Positions 50,463-63,137 of a stretch of 63,747 nt of DNA are shown here, piece by piece. The notes beneath the pieces are model-generated. The model had not been told where the DNA came from, searched no databases, and saw nothing but the letters and a program-made list of their open reading frames with translations. Made by a program: the position numbers and the translations under genes. This stretch comes from Octopus bimaculoides (Eukaryota). The first letter of the stretch is position 1, and every line of letters starts with the position of its first letter. The stretch is taken from contig NC_068987.1 in the NCBI RefSeq assembly GCF_001194135.2, forward strand, positions 26,619,033-26,682,779, given 5' to 3'.

Positions 50463-52385
50463 GGGAGAGAATGAGAGAGTGAGACAAGGAGACACGGAGA
50501 GAGAGTAAGAAGGTAAAATGATAACACTTAAATTCGATAGCAAAATATGAACAAATGTTGGTAACACTGCTGTTCCTACTTAGTATACTGTTAATGTATT
50601 ATGCCCAGGGTTCCAAGTTCAAAACCTTATTTTTTTCCAATTACAGAACAATATTAGCAAATCACTCTATATTTCAGAAATTTAACTGGTATCTAACTTT
50701 TGTTTTCTGTTGGCGATGAAATTTTTATAGGGCATTATCTAGAGGGTTAATGGTATACACTTTTGTCTACAGTCAAATGTTTATTCATATATAGTTCTTG
50801 CATTTATGCACAGATACGAAGGTCTGTGGATAAATGTAGATGCAATTAATGGTAGGTTTTGGCAGTCTATCTTCAAGATATAGCAGCTGAATCGTCCTCA
50901 CATCACGCTATACTATATTAGCAATCAAATATACATTGGATAATGTAATTCGAGGTATGTTATAACTGCAATAAAAAACTATATGGGCAGCTGAATAGCT
51001 TTATTCATATATTATTTAGATCAAGGCTGACCTGGAGAAAAACTACGACAACAATAACAGAGGTTATGCTTTTCTTCAAACTTGTATTTCTATTAATTCA
51101 ATTTCGTTTTTCTTTAATGACGGAAATAGAAAATGGCATTCCCTTCAAACTTCTAGACTGATTAACGACACATATTGTGAACATTACATGCAGGAATTCA
51201 TTAGACAGACAGTGAGCTAAATGTTATTGTTGTTGTTGTTGGTATTATTGATTTACCCTAAGTCGGGTCTGATCGAGCAGACCTACAATGAAAGGTAATC
51301 CAACTATGAAGAAGATACTTTTTCCAGTTATACTGTAACTAGAACTAAAAACAGTAATGTCTAGTGTGAGGGACTGTTGGCTGCTATCGCAAAAACGTCG
51401 CTGGCTATTTTATTTTAAATCTTTAGTTTACTACCTGAACGATATGATAAGATTGATGAAATACCATTCAAATATCGACTATTTTCAATGATCGTAGCAA
51501 AGACAATTTACTCTCAAACAGCGCAGTGTAGGCAGTTGCTGATAAATGTGTAAAAATTATTTAAACCAAATATTCGTTATAATGCAGTAACTGCATGTAA
51601 GATTAATTAATGTTTCAATAGATCGTAACCATGAATTTGATTCTACATAGCTTAGAAATTTAGGATCAACGCATTAGGTAGCATGCCATAGACATGTGTA
51701 TACATGTAGCTTAAATTTTGCTAAAAACTACATAGTACACACAGCATTTCGAAAATATCCTTTGAAGCAAAATTTTGCTTAGCTATTGTGAAATAACAAA
51801 ACGTCAATGAGTAAAATATGGTCGTTTTACTGGACCCCTATTGCATTAACGGTACGTATATATTATGTTTAGTGCAATTTTCTTTTTTGGAAAACTAATT
51901 TCATGACTGGTGACTTTGCCTTTCGTGAACGACCAGTTTAATGAATGCCGGTGTTGCCTCTTCATCATTAGTTTGCGAACAATTTGCATTTCGGACCAAC
52001 CGGTGCGGCTCATTGTTTCGATATACAGTCAACTATTTCTCAACAAAATTACGGGCTCGTTAGGATATAAGGCTTAGCTCTCGAAATTACATTGACTCCG
52101 TTAGGAATACGCACAAACACCTGAAATTGAAGCAGAAATGTAAAGGGACATTTAAATCCTTGTGAAGAGAAAATATTATAAAACGTTTAAGTGTCTCTCA
52201 ACATGTTCCGAGATCAACCACGTCCATGATCTACTTTGACTTCAATCTTCCAGCTGCGAGAATCTAAACGCTAGTTTATGTAAAGTATCACCATAAACAG
52301 TTCCATTGCTTCTCAGCTCCTGACAGGAAACGTTATTAACACTGTCACAAATGAAAAGCCTAAGTATACACCTAGCTTAAATATA

Positions 52386-52497
52386 CATCCTTTCCGAGTC
52401 GGCGAAATAAGAAACACTTGGACACTGGGGTCGATGTAATCGACTTAACCTCAACTCCGAAATTACTAACCATGTGCCAAAATTTTAAATCATTATT
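52386..52497 (+). mobile_element. SINE family B, 3' half
   Basis: catcctttccgagtcgg..aaataag..cactggggtcgatgtaatcgactt..tgtgccaaaatttt.aatcattatt. Confidence 0.65.
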
Positions 52498-52530
52498 TAT
52501 TAGCATCGTCATCATCAATATTATTATTAT

Positions 52531-52815
52531 TTGAAGAAAACTTATTTTGCTGGGTATGATGGGAAGTGTCAGCTGTCCACAGCCAGCAGACTAAGGTGAC
52601 ACTTGTTTACTGGTCATGCTGAAGAATTCTTGCGGTTCCAAGCAATGCTAATTTTTGTAGGTGTTCTACCTTCACACTTACACGGATCCTTTTCAGCCAC
52701 GTTGGTAGTTGAATGCTGATGCTTCCAAGTGCACCAATTTCTATTGGGATCACGCCTACTCTCTACATTGACCACGACTTTCGTTATTTTCCACTTTAAA
52801 TGGTCATAATTGTTT
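52531..52815 (-). mobile_element. R4/Dong-like retrotransposon 3' fragment (RLE C-terminus, 3'UTR, TAA tail)
   Basis: Minus-strand 52753-52607 translates VIPIEIGALGSISIQLPTWLKRIRVSVKVEHLQKLALLGTARILQHDQ*, preceded by frameshifted YDHLKW..W; ends at the attattattat tract at 52519-52530. Confidence 0.75.
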
Positions 52816-52866
52816 ATTATTTAAATTGATCCTGTTCTCAAATGGGGCATGCTATGTCGATTATCA

Positions 52867-52867
<1 letters not shown>

Positions 52868-52942
<75 letters not shown>
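52868..52942. repeat. (ATT/TAA)n microsatellite
   Basis: Seen directly in sequence. Confidence 0.95.
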
Positions 52943-53336
52943 TTATGTTTGACTTTTGTTTTGCATTTGTACAANNNNNNNNNNNNNNNNNNNNNNNNNN
53001 NNNNNNNNNNNNNNNNNNNNNNNNNNNNNNNNNNNNNNNNNNNNNNNNNNNNNNNNNNNNNNNNNNNNNNNNNNNNNNNNNNNNNNNNNNNNNNNNNNNN
53101 NNNNNNNNNNNNNNATATGGGCAGTTCCCATGAGCACTATCTTTTGAACTTCAGCCATTTTGGGGTTTCCTGGTATCTGAGCTAGGTAGTAATCAGCCCG
53201 TTTCGCTATCATTCCCAGGGCACCTATGACAATAGGTATTGTTTTAGTCTTCAGGTTCCACATTATGCTAATTTCTATTTCAAGATCTTTATATTTGCTC
53301 AGTTTTTAGTAGGTCTTGACAGATACGTTTATATCG

Positions 53337-53338
<2 letters not shown>
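52943..53338 (-). mobile_element. 5'-truncated R4/Dong-like retrotransposon flanked on both sides by (TAA)n
   Basis: IDINVSVKTY*KLSKYKDLEIEISIMWNLKTKTIPIVIGALGMIAKRADYYLAQIPGNPKMAEVQKIVLMGTAH, then a gap, then a short 3'UTR running into (TAA)n. Confidence 0.8.
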
Positions 53339-53426
<88 letters not shown>

Positions 53427-53461
53427 TATTATTATTATTATTATCATCATCATCATCATCT
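53339..53461. repeat. (ATT)n then (ATC)n microsatellite
   Basis: Seen directly in sequence. Confidence 0.95.
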
Positions 53462-53484
53462 TTGCACAGCTTCTAACCATTCAA

Positions 53485-53677
53485 AGTATTCGAGCGGACG
53501 AAATGCTTAGCAGTATTTCTCCCATCGCTACGTTCTGAGTTCAAATTCCACCGAGGTTAACTTCACCTTTCATCTTTTCAGGGTCGGTAATGTAAGTATC
53601 AGTTACATACTGGGGTCGATATAATTGATTAGCCCGCTTCCCCACAAATTTTCAAGGCCTTGTGTCTAGAGTAGAAA
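53485..53677 (+). mobile_element. SINE family B copy 1 of a second triplet
   Basis: gaaatgcttagcagtatt..gttctgagttcaaattccaccgagg..ctggggtcgat..ggccttgtg. Confidence 0.75.
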
Positions 53678-53732
53678 TAATAATAACAATAACAATACTT
53701 ATCATTACCTTTGTTATTATTATTATTATTGC

Positions 53733-53945
53733 AGGTAGCGAGCTGGCAGAATCGTTAGCACGCAGGGCGAAATGCTTAGCGGTATTTCGTCTGGCGCTAC
53801 GTTCTGCGTTCAAATTCCGCCGAGGTTGACTTTGCCATTTATCATTTTGGGGTCAATAAATCAAGTCCCAATGAAACACTGGGGACGATATAATCGACTA
53901 GTTCCCTCCCCCATATTTCAAGCCCTGGGCCTATAATAGAAAGTA
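53733..53945 (+). mobile_element. SINE family B copy 2 of a second triplet
   Basis: aggtagcgagctggcagaatcgttagcacgc..gttcaaattccgccgaggttgactttgcc... Confidence 0.8.
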
Positions 53946-53984
53946 TTATCATCATCATCATCATTATTATTATTATTATTATTA

Positions 53985-54202
53985 AGGCGACGAGCTAGCA
54001 GAATCGTTAGCACGCCGGACAAAATGTTTGGCAGCGTTTCATCCGTCTTTATGTTCTTCGGTCAAATTCCGCCGAGGTCGACATGCTTTCATCCCTTCGG
54101 TGTCGATATAATAAGTACCAGTTAAATACTGGGTTCGATGCAATCGACTTCCCTCTCCCCGAAGTTTGTGGCCTTGTACCAAGATTTGAAATCATTATTA
54201 TT
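53985..54202 (+). mobile_element. SINE family B copy 3 of a second triplet
   Basis: aggcgacgagctagcagaatcgttagcacgccgg..gtcaaattccgccgaggtcgac..ataagtaccag..ggccttgtaccaagatttgaaatcattattatt. Confidence 0.8.
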
Positions 54203-55050
54203 GTTAGTCTCATATGACCTCCTGACTTTTCTTTCGCTGTCGACAGTCCTTCAATTTTGTTGAGCAACTTCTCTGCATCGACTTCATGAAAGAATAGATG
54301 CGCCAACGACCATCTTTTTTTTTTTTCATTTTGCAAGAACTCCATGATTGGGTAAAAAGTTGGGAAAAATATGTTGATATCTCTTCAAACTAAATTTCTA
54401 TTCTGATCGATTACAACAGAGCGAACTTCATCATCATACATCCAAACCAAGCGGCAGCGTTCAGCTTGGTGAAATATTAATTCTACTGCCTTGATATTCA
54501 AAATACTTCAAACGTTTCTTGCTTGTTAATTGTAGTCAGTGAATATAGTTTGCACTGTGGTACAAAAATAAAACATGAAAAATACACAAATATAATAAAT
54601 GACAGGAGTCAACATCTTAAACGAACCATTGAAAATATATAGCAGTTTTAAAATATTCTATTGCTTAGATATACATCATCCATATTTTTCAGAAGTTCTA
54701 CAGTATTTTCACTTTTAACTCAGGAAATGAGTTGCTATGACAACAGACTTTTAAATAATGCTAATAATTTAAGTCTATTTACTCATGTTGTCGCAATACC
54801 TAACGAAGTCTAATTTAATAAATGTCAGAGATGTCTATGATTCGATATCTTGCATAATTCGACCTATATAGCTCTTTTCTGATTTCCTGTTTATATGTAT
54901 ATTCACTTCATGATTCTGAAGTTATATTTCATTTCTTTTGCTTGTTTAATATACACATATTCGCACATACACATACACGCACATAAATACAGACATACAC
55001 AAACACACACACACACACTCATACACGAATTCAAATACACATGCACAGAA

Positions 55051-55084
<34 letters not shown>

Positions 55085-55175
55085 ACAATCTGTTAACCCA
55101 GAACTCTCGCTCACGCAAGCAAACACATTAGTTCTTGTGATATATAACTCCCCACAATCTCTCTCACAGTGTTTG

Positions 55176-55209
<34 letters not shown>

Positions 55210-56421
55210 TGTATGTTTGTATGTGTGTGTGTATGTATGTATGTGTATTTGTATCAGCGTGCATTTGTGACTATATAATACATACACGCATACACATGCA
55301 TACGCATACACTCACATATATAACATAACCTAAGATGTCAATAATCATATATTTATACACATTTATGCACTCGTATATTTGCACGTTACACACACACATA
55401 CGCACATGCACACACACGCACATACGCACATACGAGCGCACGCACACAAGCATGCACACAGATATCTGTCTATAAGCGTTGAAGCGTTGCTGTTTGTCTT
55501 TAAACTACGTCGCCATTTCTCTTCAAATCATTACCAAGTATATACGGTTGTCATAAATTCTTTCTTTTCCTTTTTCGATATTTTTACTTGGTACTCTGTC
55601 GTCATGTCTGATAACAGGTAAAAATTTATTCAAATTTCAAAACAATAAATAAAATTTATATAGAAAGAATTAAGCAACAAATACTCATGAAATACTGATT
55701 AAAATAATGGGAAAAAAACTACACGGATTTATCTGATATCCCAGTGGGAAGGAGCTCTAGAACCGTATCTGAATAAGGCATATGCAACAAAAGAAATGCA
55801 GAACAGAACACCAGATTTTAGTTTCCTTGGGCAAAATAGGGAGGAAACAAGAAAGAATATGCAGAAAAAGCAATAGTTGTAATGAGCTGTAGTAGTTCAG
55901 GGGAAGTTTTAGTTTGAGGTAGAGAAATTTTATCAAATTGCAACGTAAATCGGTTTTTTGTGTCTTTTCTCAGCTTATTTCAATCTCATTCTCACACACA
56001 AATACACTTTTTAACACTTATCTCACTAGATGCATACATACATGCATGCATGCTTGTATGTGTGTATGTATATCATGCGTGTGCGCACGTGCACATATGT
56101 TTGGAAGGTTGTCCTTACTTTAACTTCACAGTTAAATATCATAAAATTGCAAAGAAAATAAACGGTATCAAATCCTGTTGTGGTTGGAAAGTTTGTAATA
56201 TATGAATTTATTGCAAATACACACGTATTCATAGAGCGTAACACCTGCCTATTTTAGGGGTGTCTGTAACTTTGAACGAGATTCATTGAAAGAGGAAATT
56301 ATCTTGTCATTTGGACACTTTAAACAAAAAGAGCCAACTTTTGGAAGATATAGTTTTATTTTTGTAAATGAGGTATTCTCAAATGTGCAGCCTTCCTTTT
56401 ATGGCTATTCTACATTACTCC

Positions 56422-56755
56422 GGAGGTGCAATGACCCAGTGGTTAGAGCAGCGGACACGCGCTCATAGGATCGCGGTTTCGATTCCCAGACCGGGCGTTG
56501 TGAGTGTTTATTGAGCGAAAACATCTTAAAGCTCCACGAGGCTCCGGCAGGGGATGGTGGCGAACCCTGCTGTACNNNNNNNNNNAAAGGGGCCAGCCTT
56601 GTCACTCTGTGTCACGCTGAATATCCCCGAGAACTACGTTAAGGGTACACGTGTCTGTGGAGTGCTCAGCCACTTGCACGTTAATTTCACGAGCAGGCTG
56701 TTCCGTTGATCGGATCGACTGGAACCCTCGACGTCGTAAGCGACGGAGTGCCAAC
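56422..56755 (+). mobile_element. tRNA-derived SINE family C (Arg-like head)
   Basis: A-box-like cagtggttag and B-box-like gtttcgattccc; body collinear with 60300-60672, whose loop ggactcgcgg carries a TCG anticodon-like triplet. Confidence 0.8.
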
Positions 56756-56769
56756 CCAGACAACACATT

Positions 56770-56988
56770 ACTCCGTAAGGAACATTGGACCTGTTTCCCG
56801 GTTTCTCTGGGGTATATATTCCTCCCCGGACAGGATGCCGGCCCGTCGAAAGATTACTCATTCTTACCAGTGGAGCAGAGCAATGTGAAACAAAGTATAT
56901 TGCTCAAGGACACAATGCAGCGCCCGGGTCGGGAATGGAAACCACAATCTTTCGATTATGAGCCCAACGCCCTAACCACCACACTAAG
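56770..56988 (-). mobile_element. tRNA-derived SINE family D, tail-to-tail with family C
   Basis: Minus strand: gtggtggttagggcgttgggctcataatc..gtttccattccc..gtgtccttgagcaa core, then a cgacgggccggcatcctgtccgggg block reminiscent of V-type SINE bodies. Confidence 0.65.
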
Positions 56989-57165
56989 TGCTTTTACATG
57001 TTATTTTATACCTCTTGTGATATTTGGTACATCTTGAATATGTAAGAGGCTGTAATTTTGCATTCTATAAGCAAAAGATGCAAACTTGTTTCTCATTTTC
57101 TGGGCCAATTTACCACTCACTCCTCAGCAACTTTGGCAGAGTCCTTAAGGTTGCATAGCAGAAGC

Positions 57166-57568
57166 TACACCTTATCAAATACTACTTGCCTACGAAACTC
57201 CAATTTAGGGCTTATATCTATGTACAACCGAATGCTCATCCTCATCGAAGAAAAATTAATATATTACACCTTACCAAGCACTACTTGCTTAGGAAAATCC
57301 ATTTTAGGGTTTATATCTATGTACAACCAAATGCTCACCCTCATCGAAGAAAAATTAATATATTACACCTTATCAAGCACTACTTGCTTACGAAAATCCA
57401 ATTTAGGGTTTATATCTATGTACAACCGAATGCTCATCCTNNNNNNNNNNAAAAATTAATATATTACACCTTATCAAGCACTACTTGCTTACGAAAATCC
57501 AATTTAGGGTTTATATCTATGTACAACCGAATGCTCATCCTCATCGAAGAAAACTTAATATATTACAC
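57166..57568. repeat. 99-bp tandem repeat, about 4 units, with a small gap in unit 3
   Basis: Unit starts (tacacc) at 57166, 57265, 57364 and 57465, with a residual tacac at 57564; few differences between units. Confidence 0.95.
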
Positions 57569-58029
57569 ATATTATATTCTTAATGTTATGTGTATATATC
57601 TTTCGTCGTAAGTTTCTAACACATTTTTCATTAAATTTCTCTTTATTTTTTCTTACCATAGTAGTATTGTTATCTCCCATTCATTTCCCTTTTATTATTT
57701 TCTAACGCTATTCATCTTATCTCTCCTACTCTCGCTATAAAAAATCTCTCTTAATTCTATAAAAACTCATTCCAATTTCTTCTCTTACTTTCAGTATTAA
57801 ATAATATCTTTCAAAGAATATTCTAAGAAACATTACCTAAATTCAAGGATTAGAAATCGTTATATTTTCTTCGTAGCCTGTGGCGAATTTCTTATTTAAC
57901 TTCCCTCTGTTAGAATACTTTTAGCTTTAAGAAAACTTATCGTAATACTTTAGGTTTATTTGAAGCTGGTCATTTAATATACCAAATTAACATTTCTATG
58001 TTTCTATATGAGTTACCTACCGATAGGAA

Positions 58030-59200
58030 ACGAAGATATCCCGTGAAACCCCCAAATAAAGATGTCAAGCAATGCCAGAACTACCGAGAAATAAAATGAT
58101 TGTCAGTTTATGAGCAACATTTAACCGTGCTATTGCAGAAAACCTCAACAAAGAACATAATCTTTGCTCACAGAAAGCAACCAGGAGTTTGTAAGAGCAC
58201 TTTGTGAGCAGAATATAAAGCTTACTTGGAGATCATAGTCGACCATTCTATAGATCGGTCATCTCCGGTGTTTTAAAATTTCATAGATTATGAAACGGAT
58301 TCTCTTAGTGTTCACAATGATAATATGGAGCATTTGTGCTGTACTAGGGTACCCAGCATATATTATGGACATTGTGCAAAAATCACATGAGGAAAATGCC
58401 CTATAGTGTTACCTCAGACATACATAAGATTGACAAAGAATTTCATGCAGAAGACCTGAGTCTGCCAATGTTGTCTCTTATGATCTTTATTGATCATCTT
58501 GTTGATCACCTGAATAATGAAGATCACTGCAGAAGCGACAAATGCCAGAATACTGGGGATAGCGTATAGCCAGCTTGAAAGCCTTGCGCTAGGGATACGC
58601 TGCTCAAGCCAGATGTAGTGAAAAACAATCAGTCTTAATGAAATGTCAGTTTAATTTAGCATGAACAAACACAGATGCAATGCCAAGGTTATGAGAGCCA
58701 GTACAAATTATGTATGACTCGCTTCATAAAACATCTGTCATTATGTATCTGAAGAGCATCGTCGTCTAGACAGGTTAATGACTCTAATTGTAAATTTCTG
58801 CTGAAAAACACCTGGAATCTCATCCCCCAAAACTATAAAATCCGAATCTTGAATGAAAAAAATGGAGTTAGTGGTTTGTGAGTGACTGAGAGACATGGAA
58901 ATATATGAAACTCACCCTAAAGAACTTTTGAAACCTTCATCAAACACTGATTCAAGACGACACCCAGAATCTATTAACCGAAAACAAAATATGCGGCATA
59001 GTATTGTGGGACAAGTAAAGTCAACAAACCTCGACTGACACGGAGATCAAACGAAGATAGTGGTGGTGGATTGGACAGGCTCACAGAAGGCCTCCATTAC
59101 AGTGTTGCCCGTTATTTCCTTAGATGGAGACCATAGGGTATAAAGAAGAAAACACGGGTAATTAAAGCTTGACGACGTGATCTGGATACCAAAGGGAGAA
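58030..59200 (+). mobile_element. Very old RTE-like LINE remnant
   Basis: Remnants QCQNYREIK*LS (cf. CxNYRxISL) and IKRR*WWWIG..VARYFLRWRP*G (cf. RKWxWIGH..ARxALxWxPxG). Confidence 0.5.
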
Positions 59201-60299
59201 TATCTATATGTGATAATAAAGATGTCTATGTCCAGAACTAAAGGAAGTAGATTATCAACAGTCCTTGTCAGAGAACAACCCAAAGAACGGTATTTCTAGG
59301 TTTTCTTTAATTTTGCTCTATTTTATTTTCAGGATTTCATTTAACCCACTATTATGTAAATAGCAATTACCTGCTAAACAAATAGTATTTCTTAGTTCTT
59401 AATACTGTTGACTCATGGTTTTCTTTCGCAAAATTTATAACGTTCACACAGTAACCGTTCATTTTACCTATATACATATGATAATGCCTGCATAACACCC
59501 AGGTTACCCCTGCATTTATAATAGACTCTCTACTTTGTAGAACCTGAAATATGTACTTAGTTTTCGTATTCAAACATTTAAAATTCTTTATCACATGCTT
59601 TATAACAAGAATAACAACAAACTCTAAACTACCCAGTTTCTACATAGTTAAGAGAAGAGACAAAATTGAACTAAATAGAAATTGCTTCATAGGCACATAC
59701 TTTAGGTAAATTGTTTCTTCTAAATAGAAGTGTATACATATTTTAGTCTATGTTTACACAGCAATACACGTACGATCAAGCACAAACAAACACACACAAA
59801 CGCACACATATGTATTCGTCTCTTAAGAGACATATTACATAAACAACTTCGTGATTACTCGTTCTCCACATTCAGTTAAATAATGTTCTGTATATATTTC
59901 GACATATGATTGAGTACATATATTTTTGCTTACACTAGTTTTCAGTTGCATGTATATGTCTTCATTTGTCATTATATGTGTTTATATATATATATATATA
60001 TATATATACATACATTACACATACACACACACACACACACACATATATATTTGTATATATAAATATATANNNNNNNNNNNNNNNNNNNNNNNNNNNNNNN
60101 NNNNNNNNNNNNNNNNNNNNNNNNNNNNNNNNNNNNNNNNNNNNNNNNNNNNNNNNNNNNNNNNNNNNNNNNNNNNNNNNNNNNNNNNNNNNNNNNNNNN
60201 NNNNNNNNNNNNNNNNNNNNNNNNNNNNNNNNNNNNNNNNNNNNNNNNNNNNNNNNNNNNNNNNTATATATATATATATATACATATATATACATATGT

Positions 60300-60672
60300 G
60301 GAGGCACAAAGGCTCAGTGGTTAGGGCAGTGGACTCGCGGTCATAGGATCGTGGTTTCGATTTCCACACCGGGCGTTGTGAGTGTTTATTGTGCAAAAAC
60401 TCATAAAGCTCCGCAAGGCTCCGGCAAGGGTTGGTGTGGAACTCTGCTGTACTCTTTCACTACAACTTTCTCTCACTCTTTCCTCCTGTTTCTGTTGTAC
60501 CTGTATTTCAAAGGGCTAGCCTTGTCATACTGTGTGTCACGCTGAATCTCCCCTAGAACTACGGTAAGGGTACACTTGTCTGTGGAGTGATCAGTCACTT
60601 GCACGTTAATTTCACAAGCAACTTGACTGGATCAACTGGAACCTTCGTAGTCGTAACCGACGGAGCGCCGTA
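60300..60672 (+). mobile_element. tRNA-derived SINE family C, full length
   Basis: ggaggcacaaaggctcagtggttagggcagtggactcgcggtcataggatcgtggtttcgatttcc head; body collinear with 56422-56755. Confidence 0.8.
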
Positions 60673-61562
60673 ATAGATACATATATGTATGACTGCATTG
60701 AAATGAGTAAAACAGGAATACAACGGAAAAAATAAGAGCTACATGTCTACTAACACACACGTAGAACGGCTGTGTATCTGAATAGGGACACACACACGCA
60801 TAAATACACACACACACATTCATACACACACACACACACACACACACAAATACATACATATCAAAGTGTGTGTGTGTGTGTACATGTGCTAATATGCGCA
60901 TATAATTGTAAATGTAAATATAAATACGTACTGACGTTATTACGAATAAATGATATATTTTGAAATAAGAATGAATTTTTAAAATATGGTTTATTAGATT
61001 CAATTTAATTAATTACAACAAAAAATGAACTTCCAAAGTTGAATATATTCTATCTGTCTGTCTTTGTATGTCTGTCTTTCTGTCTGTCTTTCTGCCTGTC
61101 TTTTTGTCTGTCTGTCTCTCTTTCTCTCCGTCTCTCTTTCTCTCCGTCTCTCTCTCCCTCTGTATGTATGTATGTTTGTTTTTCTGTGCGCACGTATATA
61201 TATATANNNNNNNNNNNNNNNNNNNNNNNNNNNNNNNNNNNNNNNNNNNNNNNNNNNNNNNNNNNNNNNNNNNNNNNNNNNNNNNNNNNNNNNNNNNNNN
61301 NNNNNNNNNNNNNNNNNNNNNNNNNNNNNNNNNNNNNNNNNNNNNNNNNNNNNNNNNNNNNNNNNNNNNNNNNNNNNNNNNNNNNNNNNNNNNNNNNNNN
61401 NNNNNNNNNNNNNNNNNNNNNNNNNNNNNNNNNNNNNNNNNNNNNNNNNNNNNNNNNNNNNNNNNNNNNNNNNNNNNNNNNNNNNNNNNNNNNNNNNNNN
61501 NNNNNNNNNNNNNNNNNNNNNNNNNNNNNNNNNNNNNNNNNNNNNNNNNNNNNNNNNNNNNN

Positions 61563-61604
<42 letters not shown>

Positions 61605-62693
61605 TATGCATATATGGGTACAGGATGTCACCAACAATAAACAACATGAAATACGAAAACAAATGTGTTCAATACGCAAACAACGTAGAAAACAAATGGA
61701 ACACAGGTCAAGTAACATAAAGAACGACCCTTCATCAGTTGTTGCCTGTTTATCTACTCTTCATTTCAAGCATTGAACGATATTGTGAGTCTTTGAAAAT
61801 ATTTGCTCCCATAAGTAAATTTGGGATATATGGAAGATCAACGTTGGGAAGAAAAACAGGAAAGTGGAGACATACAAATAGACCTAACGAAAATAAACAT
61901 GGACGGTCGTTAGACCAGAACGAGGGTGAAATAGCGAATGGAGGAGAAATATTTTCTTTGAGAAGGCAAAGTGTATGTGTGTCTCTGTATGCATATATCT
62001 ATACATATACATATATATGTGAAATGGCTATTTTTATTACATTTTTAGAGTGAGTCATATTTATGTTTGCTATTCGTTTGCAAATCTATCGCCATGATAA
62101 TATCTCTGTCTGGTTTGCACGCTTCTGACTGTCCTGCATATATTTCTTATAATACTTATGAATACGCCTATATATCTCTCCTTTCTCATACACATCCTTG
62201 TCTTTATAACTTTTGGCTATGACAAATACATCGGGATAGATATTTGTAGCCAACGACTTATGATTGCAGATGAAAACTGTAAAAAAGATGTGTCCAATAC
62301 ATGTGTGTATATTGTACTATGTGGTATATACACAAACATATAAAAACATATAATATTATGTTTCGCACATTAGATATGCGGATACCTGTCAAAATTCGTT
62401 GCTCTTTTCATTTTAGTCAAGTACAAAGATATATTTGTATGAGTTCATATAAATAAACGTGTAGATATGTATGTCTATACATGTATGCGAAGATGCATAT
62501 ATATGTGTGTGTATGAATATATATATATATACATATACGTATATACATATATATGCATGCATACATGTGTGTATATATACATTTACATATGTATATATAT
62601 ACTTGTGTGTTTGCATCTGTGTATGAGTGAGGGGTGTGTGCATTGCGTCTCATAGCAGAATCAGCAGTAGGCTAAAGATCCGAATTATATAAT

Positions 62694-62727
<34 letters not shown>

Positions 62728-63093
62728 NNNNNNNNNNNNNNNNNNNNNNNNNNNNNNNNNNNNNNNNNNNNNNNNNNNNNNNNNNNNNNNNNNNNNNNNN
62801 NNNNNNNNNNNNNNNNNNNNNNNNNNNNNNNNNNNNNNNNNNNNNNNNNNNNNNNNNNNNNNNNNNNNNNNNNNNNNNNNNNNNNNNNNNNNNNNNNNNN
62901 NNNNNNNNNNNNNNNNNNNNNNNNNNNNNNNNNNNNNNNNNNNNNNNNNNNNNNNNNNNNNNNNNNNNNNNNNNNNNNNNNNNNNNNNNNNNNNNNNNNN
63001 NNNNNNNNNNNNNNNNNNNNNNNNNNNNNNNNNNNNNNNNNNNNNNNNNNNNATATATATATATCTGCGTGTGTGTGAATATATATAGACACA

Positions 63094-63137
<44 letters not shown>

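Larger units (their letters stand above)
11167..63051. other. About 20 assembly gaps (N runs), e.g. 14569-14999, 16409-17261, 22061-22689, 28609-29274, 30198-30648, 32008-32410, 38397-39383, 43442-43930, 46701-47253, 48313-48935, 52975-53114, 60070-60263, 61208-61562, 62728-63051
   Basis: N runs seen directly. Most abut (TA)n or (CA)n tracts; the others lie inside repeats such as the Hero and Dong elements and the 99-bp array. Confidence 0.95.

Noticed and set aside
57166-57568. 99-bp array as ankyrin repeats (33 aa) or as a CRISPR array
   Set aside because: The only TP-containing frame has stops and lacks the TPLHxAA/GA consensus. Units are contiguous with no unique spacers, there are no cas genes, and the DNA is eukaryotic.
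56422-60372. tRNA genes at the family C and D heads (and the family A head near 1523)
   Set aside because: A and B boxes are present, but there is no complete cloverleaf and the heads run into shared SINE bodies.
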